A stretch of 63,974 nucleotides of DNA, the filler included, from Octopus bimaculoides (Eukaryota): assembly GCF_001194135.2 (NCBI RefSeq). It is 5 parts of 4 records of this genome, joined end to end, with 100 filler letters (N's around TTAATTAATTAA, not from the genome) between each part and the next. Parts side by side here need not be neighbours in the genome. Positions count along the whole stretch, not along the records: positions 31,012 to 54,696 come from NC_068982.1; 4 more parts are not named here. One strand, written 5' to 3'. Shown here piece after piece: positions 35,301 to 49,706 of the stretch. The notes under the pieces were generated by a model. The model ran no database searches. It was not told where the DNA came from and saw only the letters and a list, made by a program, of their open reading frames with translations. The position numbers and the translations under genes are program-made. The stretch's first letter is position 1, and each line of letters begins with the position of its first letter.

Positions 35301-38300
35301 CAGCATTTTCTTGCAAAACGTGTTCTTCTTTCTCTAAAGAACACTTTATGCAGAACACTGTGCTCTTATATTATGTTATTAGAATCAATGTAAAAGTTTT
35401 AAAATGTTAAGTATTTTACAAATAACTGTACTTGATCTGTTGCAAAATTAATATTCAGAAAAGAATTCCATTAAATGGAATAAAAAGAAACATGTTAAAT
35501 AATGTTTATATGCAGTGATATCATTGTTAATACTATATAGAACTTCCAAAAAGAAAATTTCTTAGAAACAATATAAATGTAAATAGAAGCTTCTTTAATA
35601 TTATTTAAATTTTCATGAGACAACCGTTATCGACTGAGTTTTGTCGTCGTGGTTTAGTATTGATGTAGAATTGACCAACTCACCAATTCATACAGACGTC
35701 AGTGATAATATATTTCAAGTTGATTGAAAAGCTAGAGCATAATATAATATGTAATGCGCATATGATATATCTTTTTTACGTCTACATTTATATTAGATGT
35801 CCAAATGCAACCAAGTTCCCGGTTCTTTATTATCTCGAACAAAGTTATCTTCTTTTGATAAACGTGTTACTGTTAAAAATAATAAATTAATCAAATCATT
35901 TTTTTGAAGCAACTATTTATTTTAAAATTTGTAACGATGTGTGTATGTAATGCTTAACATACATATATGATTTATATTAATAATATTTAAAAAAATTTAT
36001 ATAAAGTTTGCAGTAAATCTTAACTATAAAATTTCTAATTTATAGTAAACGTTAAACACAATATTTATCAAACGCTTATATTCAAATCTCATAGCTATTG
36101 AAATTTTTATTTCTTTATCAACATTGTATCTTGGTTTGTATTTCGTTTCTATTAATATCGTTTTTAGATTAACACTTCTTACCTGTCAGCGATGAAGTAG
36201 ATCTGTATGCTATTTTGAACCGATCTAAGTAGTATTAACAATTTTGGAGATCTGAAATAACGAATAACTCAGTGTAAATCTCTGGTTGTATTTTAACATG
36301 TCGGGAGATATATTTCTAATTGCAATTTTCTGTATATTTGGATAAAGTACTGGGGTATTTCCACTAAATTATTATTGAATGGAAATTATGTTAAAACTGT
36401 GACTTTATGACGAACGTTGATTCGTTTGAAAACAAAACTAGCTTCATTTATTTGAAGTCATAGAGTTAAACCATAACAATACTATGAAAGCTTTCACTCC
36501 ACATTTAAAGGAAATGGACATAACTAGGTGATACAAAGTCCAAACAAACACTTCACTGGAATGATGGCCGAAAAATATCAGTTTTGCAATGAGCAGAAAT
36601 GTATTTCTTACAAACAAACAATCAGACAAACAAATCTAATACATACAAAAATATATAAAGACAGACAAACAAACAGATATAGCTACTCGCGCGCACACAC
36701 ACACATGCACAAATATCTCTTATCTCAGGGAACTCCATTCCTGTTTAGAATATTGACAACCAATGGAAACTGCAAAAAAAAAAAAAACACAAGCCCCAAT
36801 TAAGCAAAAAGCAAAAACAAAATAAACAAAACTCCCAAAGTACAAATGCCTCTGGAAAGAATTGAGCTCTATGAAGAATTATTATCTGGATATGACCACA
36901 ATTATGAAATGCGCATTTGATATGGACTGTAGAAGAAAAGCCGGACAGTCATTAAACATAATTCCTAAACTGTTTTTATTCTTTTGTTCTACGTAATATC
37001 TTTGCTTTAGCACATCATAAAACTATCATGGCGAACTATTAAAATTCCTCAGTTGTTCAGAACTGAACGATAAGGTGGCCTTGTCTGCTGAGTCTTACTA
37101 CAGTTCTATCATTATAATACCTTTTTACTAGTAATCACTTTTATCGATAATTATCACCTTAACGATGATTTAAATGACCATTATCAATTCGAACTATGTA
37201 AAGAGAGTAATTTACAAATGTCGACATTTTGGAGAGTCAACGGAGAATATCAATTAATGGCTGCAAAACGATAGACAAGATGGACGATAGACAGTGCTGT
37301 GACAAAATCTGTGGTATTCTCTATGAGTGTACTTGTCTAAACTGTGAGTTAACAAATATCTGTCAAATCGTATAGTATTTAAATGAAAAGATTTTGAGAA
37401 TGGACATGCTAAAATGTTAGAAAATATCTATACAATTCCAGTGTAGAATGCAGAATACCAGATACTGAGATTATTGACCCCCCCCCAAAAAAAAACACAA
37501 AACAATTGGGTGTTCTATAAAGCATGTTGTTTAGCTCCAAGTCAACTCTAATTGCTGCAGATATATGGCCAAAGGTATTGCATTTGCAATCAAGCTGTTT
37601 TTTTTTATATCAAGGGCTACATTGTTTAACGTATCTTTTTATGATTTGAGAGAATTTGACAACTATTCTCTCTTGGCCAAATGACTGCATGGCATGTTGT
37701 TACAACTGGTTACCATAACAGTGTTGTTATGTACCAGTAGTAGTCGGAGAGATCAGCTCCTTCCTTAATTAGACTATTCTTGGTAGAATCCTCATTCTAA
37801 CCTGAACAAATAAAACATGTACTCAGCTGTCGTCACATTATAGATGTCCATATTGCATAACACCATTAATGTCCTTGAAATATTTTTGTATTCGACGATA
37901 ATATTTTTTGATTGAAATTTTGAAATCTGAAGGGACATAGTTTTAATTCAATTTTAATTTCAGCAGGTAAAACCCGCACCTCTATTAAATGCAATAAAGA
38001 TTTATTTCAGCATTTAACTTGAAATATTTCCAGTGGAGAGAAATAAGTAGTTATTACAATCATACCATCCTTTTAACAAATTGATGAAAATATTAGAGTT
38101 GGTATTCAGAATCACCATGCAGAATAATTTCACTGAAAACCTGCTCCTAACTTACAAAGACTATATGGTATTCTAAATGAGAAGTGTGGAACCTATTTAG
38201 AACCAAGAGGAAATTACAAGTGCATAAGAATATGCAGGGGTACATCTATGCTGATATAAACAATGAATCTTTAATTCTAATGTGAAAATACTTATGCTAT

Positions 38301-38381
38301 TTAGTGTTATGTAGAAATTCGAAACCTATATTACGAATAAGTCTGCTGTATATGTCCACACACACACACACACGTCTGTGC

Positions 38382-38416
<35 letters not shown>

Positions 38417-41400
38417 CATGTGTGTGTGTGCATGTGTGTGTGTGTGCATGTGTGTGTGTGCATGTGTGTGTGTGCATGTGTGTGTGTGTGTGTGTGTTAA
38501 AAGCGTGCACGTATGTGCGCGTGTGTCTGTGAGTTGGTAGACGAATGTGAAGACAAAACTACAGATTGACGAGTCGGAGTTAAAGAAACTTTTTATACAT
38601 ACTACATTGAATCTTCAGTTATGTAACGTGATTTCTTTGTTGTATAACTGTTTCTTGGACTATTTACTGTTAAATCTAAATTCTCGTCTTTGTGACTTAT
38701 TTACCTCATAATATTACACATTCATATATATTCATTCACTATTTTTGTATTAACATTTAAACAGTTAATTTTATGAGTTTTTAGAAACTTTGTCAGTGAG
38801 GGTTTCAAATTTAAATGCGACTGATGCAAGTGAATCTCTAAAGCTCACAAGAATTCTTTAAACTCTGAAATACACAAACACGCATTAATGAATGGATGGA
38901 AATATAGATATTGATTCATAGATGAGCTTCTTCATTTTTAACATATTGATTTATTAGGTAGACGCAAAGTCATAGATTTATAGGTAAATATGACACGGAA
39001 TAATGCATCGTTCATATCTTTCAAAAAGGCATTTCTGATGTAAGTGAAATAGTTTCAACAGAATATTTAGACCCGGCCACGGATTTGGTTATCTGAGAGT
39101 TTATTGTTCACTTCATGAAGCTTGCTTATCGTTATAATGTATTTGACCGTCTTTATGAAAGGTATCACAAAAGCATAGAATAGCGGAAACATCAATGAAA
39201 TATAAATTTATCGAATAATTCCTATATAAGCTGGCGTTGTACGCCTTTAGTTTATATGGAATATGTTTACTTTACTGTAAATGACATAGAATTCCGTCAG
39301 GGGCTGTCTCTCTCTCTTTACAAAGGGCTTAATTCAAACATTAAAGTAAAAGCGGCGAAAATTTATCTGTATTGAAGTTTGATCAATTTTCCGACATAAT
39401 ACTCAGAGTTTTGCTTTTAGGAGTATCAATGAATATGGCAGTGATAAAGTTCTTTGTCCGGATTTCTGGATATTCCATTGAAACAAGTTATATTAACAGA
39501 GAAGTTTATAATGACTTGTATAGCTTCTGAATAACTTTGTTTGACTTTCTCATTCATATTTCATGTCGCAAGTATTTTTCATTCATATCAACTCCTTAGT
39601 GTTCATAGTTATTGAAATTACTATACATATATGTGAAAAAGTAATTATAATTATGAACGAGAGAGTAACAAAGAGAGAGAAAGAGGGAGGGAGAGATAAA
39701 GAGAGAAAGAGAGAAATTGCCAGGATGAAAGACATTTGGAGGCAAGAAGAGGGAAAGTGAAGTTAACAAAAGATAAAAGAAAATGTAAAGTACAAAACGC
39801 GGAAATAAATAATGACAGGAATCGTTTGCTGTAAAGATTAATGTAAATCTAGAAAAGATACGGAGGAATATGATGAAGGAAGAAGAATATCGTGAATATT
39901 TTCTATGAACTGGGTCTCTCCGGGTTTGTTGTAAATAATGAAGTCGTGTACTGTTGCTACAATGACATATGGTTTTTATAATATGAAACACTAACACAGA
40001 GTGATCGATTGGGCGTTCTGCTTATTTAGTTATAAGATACACAGCAGTTTGTTCAATACAAAGCTTAATGTTCTAATATCTTAGCAAGTTTGTATTTTCT
40101 GGCTTCTGTTAAAGCAGACATTGTACTTTTAGTGGATGAATCAAGCCTGTCGACTTAAAGAATATATGAGTATGTCTCTTGACCTTAAGTCAGAGCAAAT
40201 AAATAGAATTTGCCCATTTAATAGATATTTACATAAAGACAAAATTCTTCGGAAAAAATAGGCAAGCTATTTTACAACCCAACCAGGACATTTAAACATT
40301 TAAGCCATATATTTACTGTTAATCATGTGTTCTCATAAATATTGGAAGACTGACCAAAGTTGGAAATGTAATTTGAATAATTAGTAATTTGTTAATAACG
40401 ACTGACTTCTGTTCAAAGAGCAACATTCTTGGAAAACAAATGATTTACCGATGTGAAAGCAAATTAAAGCAAATTGAACTGTTTGCAAGTCAACCTGTTG
40501 GTGTTATTTGTCATCATTAGGTACACACACACACACAAACATGCATGCATGCATGCATGCATGCATACATAAATACATACATACAAACACAGACCTGACA
40601 GAAGTAAATAGACATCCCATAAAACTTCGCTTTATGTTTATTCTAAATTGTATTAATTGACATTTTTATGTTTCAGGTTTTATACATTATTTACATTTTT
40701 TTACATTATTTATATTTGACGGATATTATACCTTTTAATGTCTTTTGTTATGCACGTGATAGCCCGGTCTGTGGAAAAGTTTTCTGGAATGAATCCGGTC
40801 CGTTGTGCTAAAATGATTGGGGGTTGCTTATATAATACATTTAATCCGTCCAAAACAAAATTATCTATAACACAGAGTTAGGGTTGCTATCGTTATGCAG
40901 ACGTCCTTACGAACGAAGAGGAATGAGTGAAAGAAACAATAACCCAAAAGAAAGTTTAATGACAACTTCACTATTTACATCATCAAGACACTCTAAATAT
41001 AATCGATTGAAATGGTACAGTGACAACTTGTAAAACATTTGAAAGAGTCTCTGAGCTTTGTTTTGAATGAGTATATTCATACATTTAAGTTTATGCTATT
41101 CATATGCACACACATACATGCACAAAGAGTAATTACAAACATCGTCACGTACTAAAGTGGCATAGAGACATCTACACATATTGCATGGGTACAAGTATAT
41201 CACACACACCAACATATGTGTACACAGCTCAGTTACACTTTACAAATTCCTAGAACAGTCTTAACAAAAAACAAAAAACAAAACAAAAAAAAACATAAAC
41301 AAGAATACAAAAATTAAATCTCACCACTATATTGACGATCAGTTTGAATTCTGTGAATAAATTGATAATGAATTAATAATAAATTCTGTGAATAAATTTG

Positions 41401-42141
41401 ATAAATCTCAAAGAAAATCACACATACATATAAACATTTATTTGCTTATATAAAGGGATATTATTCCATTATAACTATATCCATATTGACGAACGTCCGA
41501 CGTGAACAGCCACATGATTAATGTAGGACAGTATTCAACAGATTTGTGATATATATTATCTCCAGCTTTGATACCATGGCTCTCAGCCTGGTTAAAAAGT
41601 GACTGGTCGTCTGATCGTATTCATTGAACGAACCTCTTATTCAAGATCGCAATAAAATTTGTCTCAAATTTCTATTCACCAAGCTGGGATTCTTCACAAA
41701 GAACATAACTGGAAAAGATAATGTTATCAACATTGGAAAAGAACCGCAGATTAACAGCATGGGAAGAAATAAACAAAATCTTATTAGTTGTAGTTACAGA
41801 AGAAACCGAAACTATAACGTACATAATGACTAATATAATCGTATTGCTATAAAATGTCAGAAAAGATCCATCGGTTGGCTACATGAATAGAATGAAAACA
41901 TATTAAAGCAAATTTACCCTGAGCTAAATTACAACAGAACATTTACGCTAGCAAGCTATATTCGTCTGAATATAAGAGCGCTAATAATAGATATGTATTG
42001 CCAAAAATTGTGAACAGTGTACAAATAATTGCTTCTAACATAGGCACCAGATGGTTAAATAGATCCCAGTATTTTTTCATCGACTCTGGAGGGATAAAAT
42101 ACAAATACACCTACGTTTGAAGTGATGTACAGATATTGTGT

Positions 42142-42324
42142 ATTGAGAAAAAGGAAGCAGTCAGAATTTTGGATAATCCTTTATTAACGCTTTCGTTCGT
42201 TTACGAACTCGTGAAGACAAAATCAAAATGATTTTTATTTTTATTTTGTCTTGACGAGTTCATAAACGAACGAAATCGCTAATAAAGGATTATCCAAAAT
42301 TCTGACTGCCTCCTTTCTCTCAAT
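42142..42324. repeat. 183-bp fold-back of two opposed hammerhead-like modules
   Basis: ~82-bp arms with a ~19-nt spacer; each arm has (T)GACGA/CACGA-GTTC-loop-GAAC-GAAA-NCGN-TA. Confidence 0.85.
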
Positions 42325-42384
42325 GTGTATATATATTGAAGGTATGTACATACATGTACATATATATGCATATACTCATATATT

Positions 42385-42432
<48 letters not shown>

Positions 42433-42434
42433 GG

Positions 42435-42600
42435 GGGTGTGTGTCTGTGTTTGTCTCCCACAACCACCACTTGATAATTGGTGTTGATGTGTTTACGTCT
42501 CTCTGAGTAAGTAGTACGGCAAAAGAAATCTATAGAATAAGAAAGATAAGTATTAAGGGCGATTCGTTCGACAAAAATTCTTCAAGGCAGTGCCGCAACA
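42435..42600 (+). mobile_element. SINE family B 3' fragment
   Basis: GTGTCTGTGTTTGTC...CACTTGATAATTGGTG...CAAAAGA...TTCAAGGCAGTGCC matches ~8760-8945. Confidence 0.65.
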
Positions 42601-45600
42601 AAACATGTATACATTTCCTTTACACTTCCTTACAGAACAAATACCTCACTCATGCGCACCCCGCTCTCGATATTTTGGCTAAAAAATACCCTTCTGCACG
42701 CTTGTGCTAAATCCACTAACGTTTTTCATACACCAAAGTATTTTTGTTGTAAACACAGCAACCATGTTTTCTTTGTGATGTTCTCCACGAAGGAACATTC
42801 CTGAAACGTTGAATTTACTCCTGCTTTTTTTGTTACAGCTTTATTATATACTTCTTACTTTTAAAAATATTTGGATAGAAGAGTTTTGTACAGAAGCTCA
42901 CATTCTATTGAGTTACAGAAAGGAATTTATTTCCAGTAACTTAAATTACTGAGTTTAAGAATCAACAAGAGAGCCTTTAAGCAGCCACTTGACTTACTAG
43001 AAATAGAAATCAACTCTTCTTTATAGTCTATACAACGTCATCAGAAAGTGAGAGCATATTGGAAAATGTATACTTAGACCGTATTTAAAAAAAATAAAAG
43101 TCGGACAGGTCATAGCCGGAAGAGCTTTGATTATAGGAATGGCTTTCAGGTTAAACATAAACAACTGCTGTATGTTGAATATGAATAATAAAATGCCGCT
43201 TTAATGATTCTGGTAAAATTTGTCAGCGTGTTTGTACTTATTTACATGCAGAAACAATGAGACACAGCTAAAGCTGTTCTCCACCGGCATTATATATTTA
43301 TTGATTGTCTATAATGTCCCAGGACTAACACTTTCACTTTCACTTTCTGATCTATAAAAATATATAAATCTGCAAAAATGGAAACAGACAATTGTTAACA
43401 ATAGATTTTTGACAAGAAATCTAACTGTTAGTGTTTGTGTAAAATTATTGATTATATTATTTAGGTGGGTGGCATCTTTGTTATAAATATTTCAGCTAAA
43501 CAATGTTGCGATGTGGTTTTGTAACCTTTTATATGATTAGCACTTCCTGAAGAATACTCAACGTAGGAAAAAATGGTTTTATTGAAAGTATTGTTGATTT
43601 TAAATTTGCACATGAAGGAAGTTTTACTCTATATCTTTAGCGGAAACATGTATACTGTTGCAGTACAATTACTGAAAATACCCGCATTTATTAAATCTTG
43701 AAGTTAATTAAATTATTACATGTGAGATACAATTCAACGTTCCTTCCTTCCCATACAAAACAGCACGATTTCATATATAAAGACTACAAGCACATGCACA
43801 ATACACATGAAAAACGTTTTCTATTCAGTCTAAATTCAATTTAAGGAGGTGTTTGATGGCTTTATGCTATATTATCATTTGTAAAGGAATGAATTGAACA
43901 GATTTCGCATTGTTCTAATTAGTATTTGTATCTTCAAGCATCATATTTCTAGTGGACGAATCTCGAACACGGCAACAGAATGGATTCTACTATACACATA
44001 TGGATACATTCATACACGCATGCATACATACATGCATTCTACATACATGCATACATATATACATGCATTCACACACAAATATATATGTGTATATTTATCT
44101 CATCTATCGATAAAAGAATGGGTCAATCTGATACCTTGTGGATTCAAAGAACGTTCGAACATGTCAGGTGACCTTAAGCCAAGTCTACTTTATAGACAAC
44201 TTGTTTTACAGTCAGAACAGGAATTTAAATATGTCAACCTCGGATTTTACTACCAATCACATGTTCCCAGAGAGATTAAGAAGCAGAACAATGGTCTCAA
44301 ATGATATAATTTTAATAACTCATCAATCACTAATAAATACAGTGACTTCTTGAACAATAATGAGTGACATTAATTAGTGTTAAATTTGGAAATAAGTCAA
44401 AGTGATCTGGACTGATCTGAACTGATTGCAAATAAACCTATTGACAATAATATTTCTAAAGCAGAAATTTGTCAGTCACTTGTGACCCAAATTCTGTATT
44501 CCAGTCATATGAATTCAGTTATTCAATGTTGTTAGTACTGGACTGTTAAGAACAGTGAAACTAATCGCTCTACAAGACATTAATCTACATATGTAAATTC
44601 ACATACGATTCAAGTAAAGGAAGCTGGTTTAAAATAACATATATTGATTGGGGCTCATTATTAATTCCATTCCTCTTCTATGGCTCTGATATCTAACGCG
44701 AAAATAATATATTTTCAAAATCTTAGTTACGAGAAGAAAATATACTCATATTTACAAATTTTATCAAATTATATTCATAACTGCGCTTTTTCTTGTCTAA
44801 TGAAAATATGCATATTTACATCTTACGTGGATATTTATGTCTGCTTACGTATGAACATATGTATGATTCGTTTGCTTATATATATATGTATGGTTTTCTT
44901 AATTACATTCTTATATATCCGTATGATTTTCTTAATTACATTTTAAAATAAAGTTTAATCTACTCTTGAAAAATATCAAAAACATTTGACATAGAATTTC
45001 AGATTTAAATTCAGAATCGTGGCACCAGTAGATATTGCCATTACAAAAATAATCAAACAGCACATTCTTGTAATGGAGTTGTAAACAAAATTACTTAAAC
45101 TTGGAATTGATAGACATGTTTCCATATTTTTATAAACGACTAAATATCTTTTCATAACATGCTGTACTAAAAACTTGAGATATACATACATATGTACTCA
45201 TTCATGCACACACACATATATATACGCACCGGGTAAGTTCTTTCACATTAGTAAAGATTTGTATGGCAAAGATGAAATAAACATTTGTTGTGCTGTAGAA
45301 TCTATCGTAGCATGGAGTTAGATCCCGTCTCCTACCAATATCTAAAGGCTATATATAGTCAGAAATGGTGACGAACGTCTTCATACTTTTTGTTTCCGTT
45401 TCAAAATGAATCCTTATTTTCCTCTCGTTAATATCATAGTAGAATTTTTGCATCATTCATATGTCATGTAACTTTCTTGTATCTTTTACTTCCTCCTATT
45501 TTACTAGATGCAAGGCAGTAGGAGAAGGGAAAATCATTTGACATGTACATGATACCAAAAGTATTATATCCGTTATATGGAATAAAAGCAGTTTTAAATT

Positions 45601-46064
45601 AGAATATTCATCCATGTATCATGCATAATGTAAATGCATTGTTGAAAGGCAATTTACGGCGATTCTGCCAGCTCCCCACCCAATAGTAATTGTTTCTAAT
45701 ATAGGTACAAGGCTTGAAAGTTTTTGGAAAAAAGCTAATCGATACCATCGACTCTAGTACTTAACTAATACTTTTAAAGGTTATCACTACAGATTTTCGA
45801 TAGAAATTATAGTCAGCACTGATTTCGTTACGATATTTCGTATCTGAGACGCCAGATGTAAACAAACAATGAGATCGAAGATGAAAAATGAGTAATAGGC
45901 ATATATGACATATTTCAGGAGTTTTGTTCTTTTACCGCACCCATCCAACTCGTTAATCAGCCACAAACTCATTGCTTAAATAGCAACTAAATATAGCGGT
46001 ATAACGTTATTGGCTATACCAATTTTACATATTAAACACATTTCTGGAAGCTGGTACGTAAATA

Positions 46065-46417
46065 TTAATCACTTGTAGGGACACGGTATTTCGCTATATG
46101 ACCATAATATACTTTAGAGTATATTAAACGTTTTTATAAGTCAATACCGTGTTCTACTGTGTTAGCAGTGTTTTTACATCATTTGTTAAGGTTATCTCTA
46201 CAAATTTTCATTCTTTATTTACATCTGGCGTCTCGGATACGAAACGTCGTAACAAAAGCAGTGCTGGGTATAAGTTCTATAGAAAATCTGTAGAAGTAAC
46301 CTTAACAAGTGATGTAAGAGTACTGTAGTACACGGTATTGACTTATGAAAACGTTTAATATGCTCTGTCGTATATTATCGTTGCATAACAAAATACCATG
46401 TCCCTACAGGTCATTAA
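46065..46417. mobile_element. TTAA-bounded MITE with ~135-bp imperfect TIRs
   Basis: TTAATCACTTGTAGGGACACGGTATTT ... AAATACCATGTCCCTACAGGTCATTAA; an inverted partial copy of its centre lies at 45778-45875. Confidence 0.75.
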
Positions 46418-46550
46418 CTAGTACTTTATTTTATCAACCTTGAAAGGAAGAAAGGCAAAGTTGACCTCGTCGCGAATTAATCCTGGAACGCAAAGATCCG
46501 GAACAAATATTGCATGACATTTTCCTCGAACATTAATGATCCTGCCGTGA
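46418..46550 (-). mobile_element. SINE family A 5' half
   Basis: TTTATTTTATCAACCTTGAAAGGAAGAAAGGCAAAGTTGACCTCG matches the family A core. Confidence 0.65.
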
Positions 46551-47049
46551 TTGAATAAATTAATTAAAATTTGAATTTAAAATCTGCATAAACGAATATA
46601 TTTTTCAATATTTAATTCTGAGTGTAGTATAAATGGTTGGAATGGCATAGAGTGGGTTGAGAGAAACTTCTTGTGTAGTATGATGGGTTATTGGGAGCAA
46701 CAACGAAGGTCATCCAATAGTCACATGCTAATTAAAGCTGAACAAGGCAACTAAGAAACTAAAGAAAACAAAAACAAAAAAAAACAACAAAAAAAACAAC
46801 AACAAAAAACAAGCCAAAACAAAAAGCAAAGCAAAAGTAAAAAAAGCAAACTTATTTTAAATGCTGTGCAAGCGATGTCTTGAATGTGATAACGCTGTTA
46901 TGGTGTTTAATAAACTTGATAAATTGATAAAACAATATATTTATAAACCAGCTCATTAAAATCCAAGGGCTTTTAATGAATTGATTTATCAAACAACTGC
47001 TTGATGATAAGTAAGTGGTAACCTCGGGTGCGTAGTTTATTTGCAACAT

Positions 47050-47860
47050 CCTAGGAAATCTTCCAAAGAGAAGAAGCTTGGGCTAAAATAAAAATCTTAA
47101 TAAGCCTCGCATCCCAAACAAGTTAGATATGAGTGAATTAAACTGAAAGGAAGTTCAAGAAGTTGTCAAGGCAGAAAGGTTTATATATGCTTATAAACAT
47201 TGTCTGAGACTCCTTCATCAACAGTGGAAGGTTCTGAAAATGATCTAGTTAAGAGGAAGAGGTGCCAACCAACGGAGGTGTGCCGAGTGTATTATTTGGA
47301 TTCCTAAGGAGGACTCACTCAAAAAGACAGACTCTATTAAAAAACACCTTACCACTCTGCGCAAAAGAAAAGATATTTTCCAGTATTTTGTCTGAATGAC
47401 TGACAACGTTCCTTGTAAAAAAACGATTACATCGATAAATCGGTACAGAAAAATTGTAAGAGGTCTGAAGTACTTGACTGTGTGGAGAATAAAACAACAC
47501 GCAACTCTTAAGAGAAGAAAAAGAAAGACAATAGAAATCTGATGGTTTTATGGTTTAACTACATAAATACCTACGGGTCTTCCCAGCAAGATAAATGATC
47601 ACATTCTGGATTTATTATTGTAGCCACTGGATATACAACATTAGGGTGGCACAGATTAGAGAACGGAGGTGTAGCTAGCTGCACCGTCTCAGCTACCCTG
47701 TTCGTCAATGCCATGAGCATAGTAGACCAATATTGCGGAGGACTCCAGACCAAGCCAATAATTAAAATTTCTATGATTATATGACTGTAACAACATCATC
47801 AGGCGATAATGCCAGGCGGATCTTGCAAGGACTGAAGATAAGTACCTATCACATGCTGAT
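47050..47860 (+). pseudogene. HERO-like non-LTR retrotransposon RT fragments
   Basis: YKHCLRLLHQQWKVLKMI...WIPKEDS and GWHRLENG..SCTVSATLFVNAM...MTVTTSS..ARRILQGL. Confidence 0.6.
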
Positions 47861-47893
47861 GGATGACAGTATGGATACATCCATACATTTACA

Positions 47894-47978
<85 letters not shown>

Positions 47979-48508
47979 GTCTATCTATCTATCTGTTTAT
48001 AAGCACACACAAATACACACACACACATAGTTTTTTTCTTTTGACTTGGCAAATTAAATTCAATATGTCTTTTTTGCTTAGCTTTTCTTTTACTAGCTAT
48101 ATACATGACTATGAAATCTTGTAGAATAGACAATATGAGATGAACACATCGTACACAATTAAAAGATTTCTTTCATTAAAAAAATAATAATTAAATAAAA
48201 GCTGGGTTGTGTTGCATGATTATAGCTTAAATGTATGGCAAAGTGTCATTATATAATGAGGAGACGCTCACCATTTAATCGAAAATAATGCATCCGAATA
48301 TGAATGAGTTAACATTTTAGAAATTCATTTAAGTTATCGATGCCCGCAAGGAAAATAATTTCTTGAAAACAAATAGCAAACCTTTTTAATGATAACCTAT
48401 ATTGAAATAAGTAATCAATAAGCCGATTTATAATAATTGATATGTGTTATAACAATGTGTATTGTGAACAATGATTGATACTATGTGGTAATATTATTTT
48501 GATTTTCA

Positions 48509-48541
<33 letters not shown>

Positions 48542-48550
48542 TCTTTTTGT

Positions 48551-49085
48551 AAATCGCCAAGCTGGCAGAATCATTAGCACACTGGATAAAACATCTTATG
48601 CCATATAATCTGGCTTCACGTTCTCGGTTCAAGTACTGCTGCGTTCAACTTAACCTGCCGTCCTTTTAGGATTTTTTTCCTTTCACTTGTTTCAGTTATT
48701 GGCCATGCTGGAGGCACCACCTTGAGTAGTTAAGTCGAACAAATCGACCCCAGTACTTACGCTTTAAAACCTGGTACTTATTCTGTCGCTATCTTTTGCC
48801 AAACGGCTAAGTTACGGGTACGTAAACAAACCAACACCGGTTGTCAAGCGATGGTGAGGGGGCAAACAAAAACGCAAAGAGAATAGAAGACACTTACCTA
48901 AAAGTGACACGCAGTGTAACTGAACCCGGATTCATGCGCTAGGCAAGCAAACTTCTAACCACACAGCCACATCTGCGACGTTAAAATAAGTACCAGTTGA
49001 GTATTAGGGTCAATGTAATCGACTGAGCCCTCTTCCCCAAAATTTCAGGCATTGTGCCCATAATAGAAAGAAAAAGTATTATTTT
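48551..49085 (+). mobile_element. SINE family A split by a nested SINE
   Basis: 5' half 48551-48670 (GCTGGCAGAATCATTAG...TCCTTTTAGG) resumes at ~48979 (TTAAAATAAGTACCAGTTGAG...). Confidence 0.7.
48671..48978 (-). mobile_element. SINE family B nested in a family A copy
   Basis: Reverse-complement head CGCAGATGTGGCTGTGTGGTTAGAAG and tail CCAGCATGGCCAATAACTGAAACAAGTG. Confidence 0.75.
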
Positions 49086-49339
49086 GGATTTTGAGGCAGT
49101 GAGTTGCCAGAATAATTAGAGCGCCGGAGAAAATATCTTACGGTATTTCGTTACAGTAATTTAGCTGCGGCAGATGCTGAGAATCCTTAAAGAAACAAAA
49201 GGAGACAAGAGGAGAAAAAATGACTTTGATGGTTTATAGATAATCCTATCTCATGAAAAGATCTTAAGTCCTTGTAAAATCCAGTTGCCACCAGCGTCTG
49301 ATGCTGTTGTTACAGACATATACTCCATGAAATTTCTGA

Positions 49340-49706
49340 ACGTCAATGGAATAATGTTTGCCCTTCAAACCCTCTTTCATGGGGCCGAAGAGATAATAGT
49401 CCAGTGACGATGATAGTCCAGTGACGATGATAGTCCAGTGACGATGATAGTCCAGTGACGAGGAAGTGAAAACTGTAGTGAAGAAGTAACTCAAAGAATA
49501 GTCAACAGAATTTTACGGGACAATGATACATGCTCTCATTCGAAGGTGGAAGGAACGTTGCTATTAAGAGAAACAGTGACTATGTTGAGAAGTAGAGATG
49601 TGATCCACAGAGGACCAGCTTCATTTTGATGTATGTTACATATTCCTGTGTTGGTAATTATACCTGTCCTAAACAAAATGGCATTACTTTTTGAATCACC
49701 CTCGTA
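49340..49706 (+). mobile_element. Mariner 3' end with internal inversion and a 17-bp tandem repeat
   Basis: DYYLFGPMKEGLKGKHYS is on the minus strand while SDEEVKTVVKK...HALIRRW...DYVEK is on the plus strand; TIR TTACTTTTTGAATCACCCTCGTA. Confidence 0.75.

Noticed and set aside
39596-39997. 133-aa minus-strand ORF
   Set aside because: Largely the reverse complement of a purine-rich low-complexity tract, with no recognisable domain.
49396-49461. CRISPR-like or other spaced repeat
   Set aside because: Contiguous tandem 17-mers with no spacers, in a eukaryotic mariner remnant.
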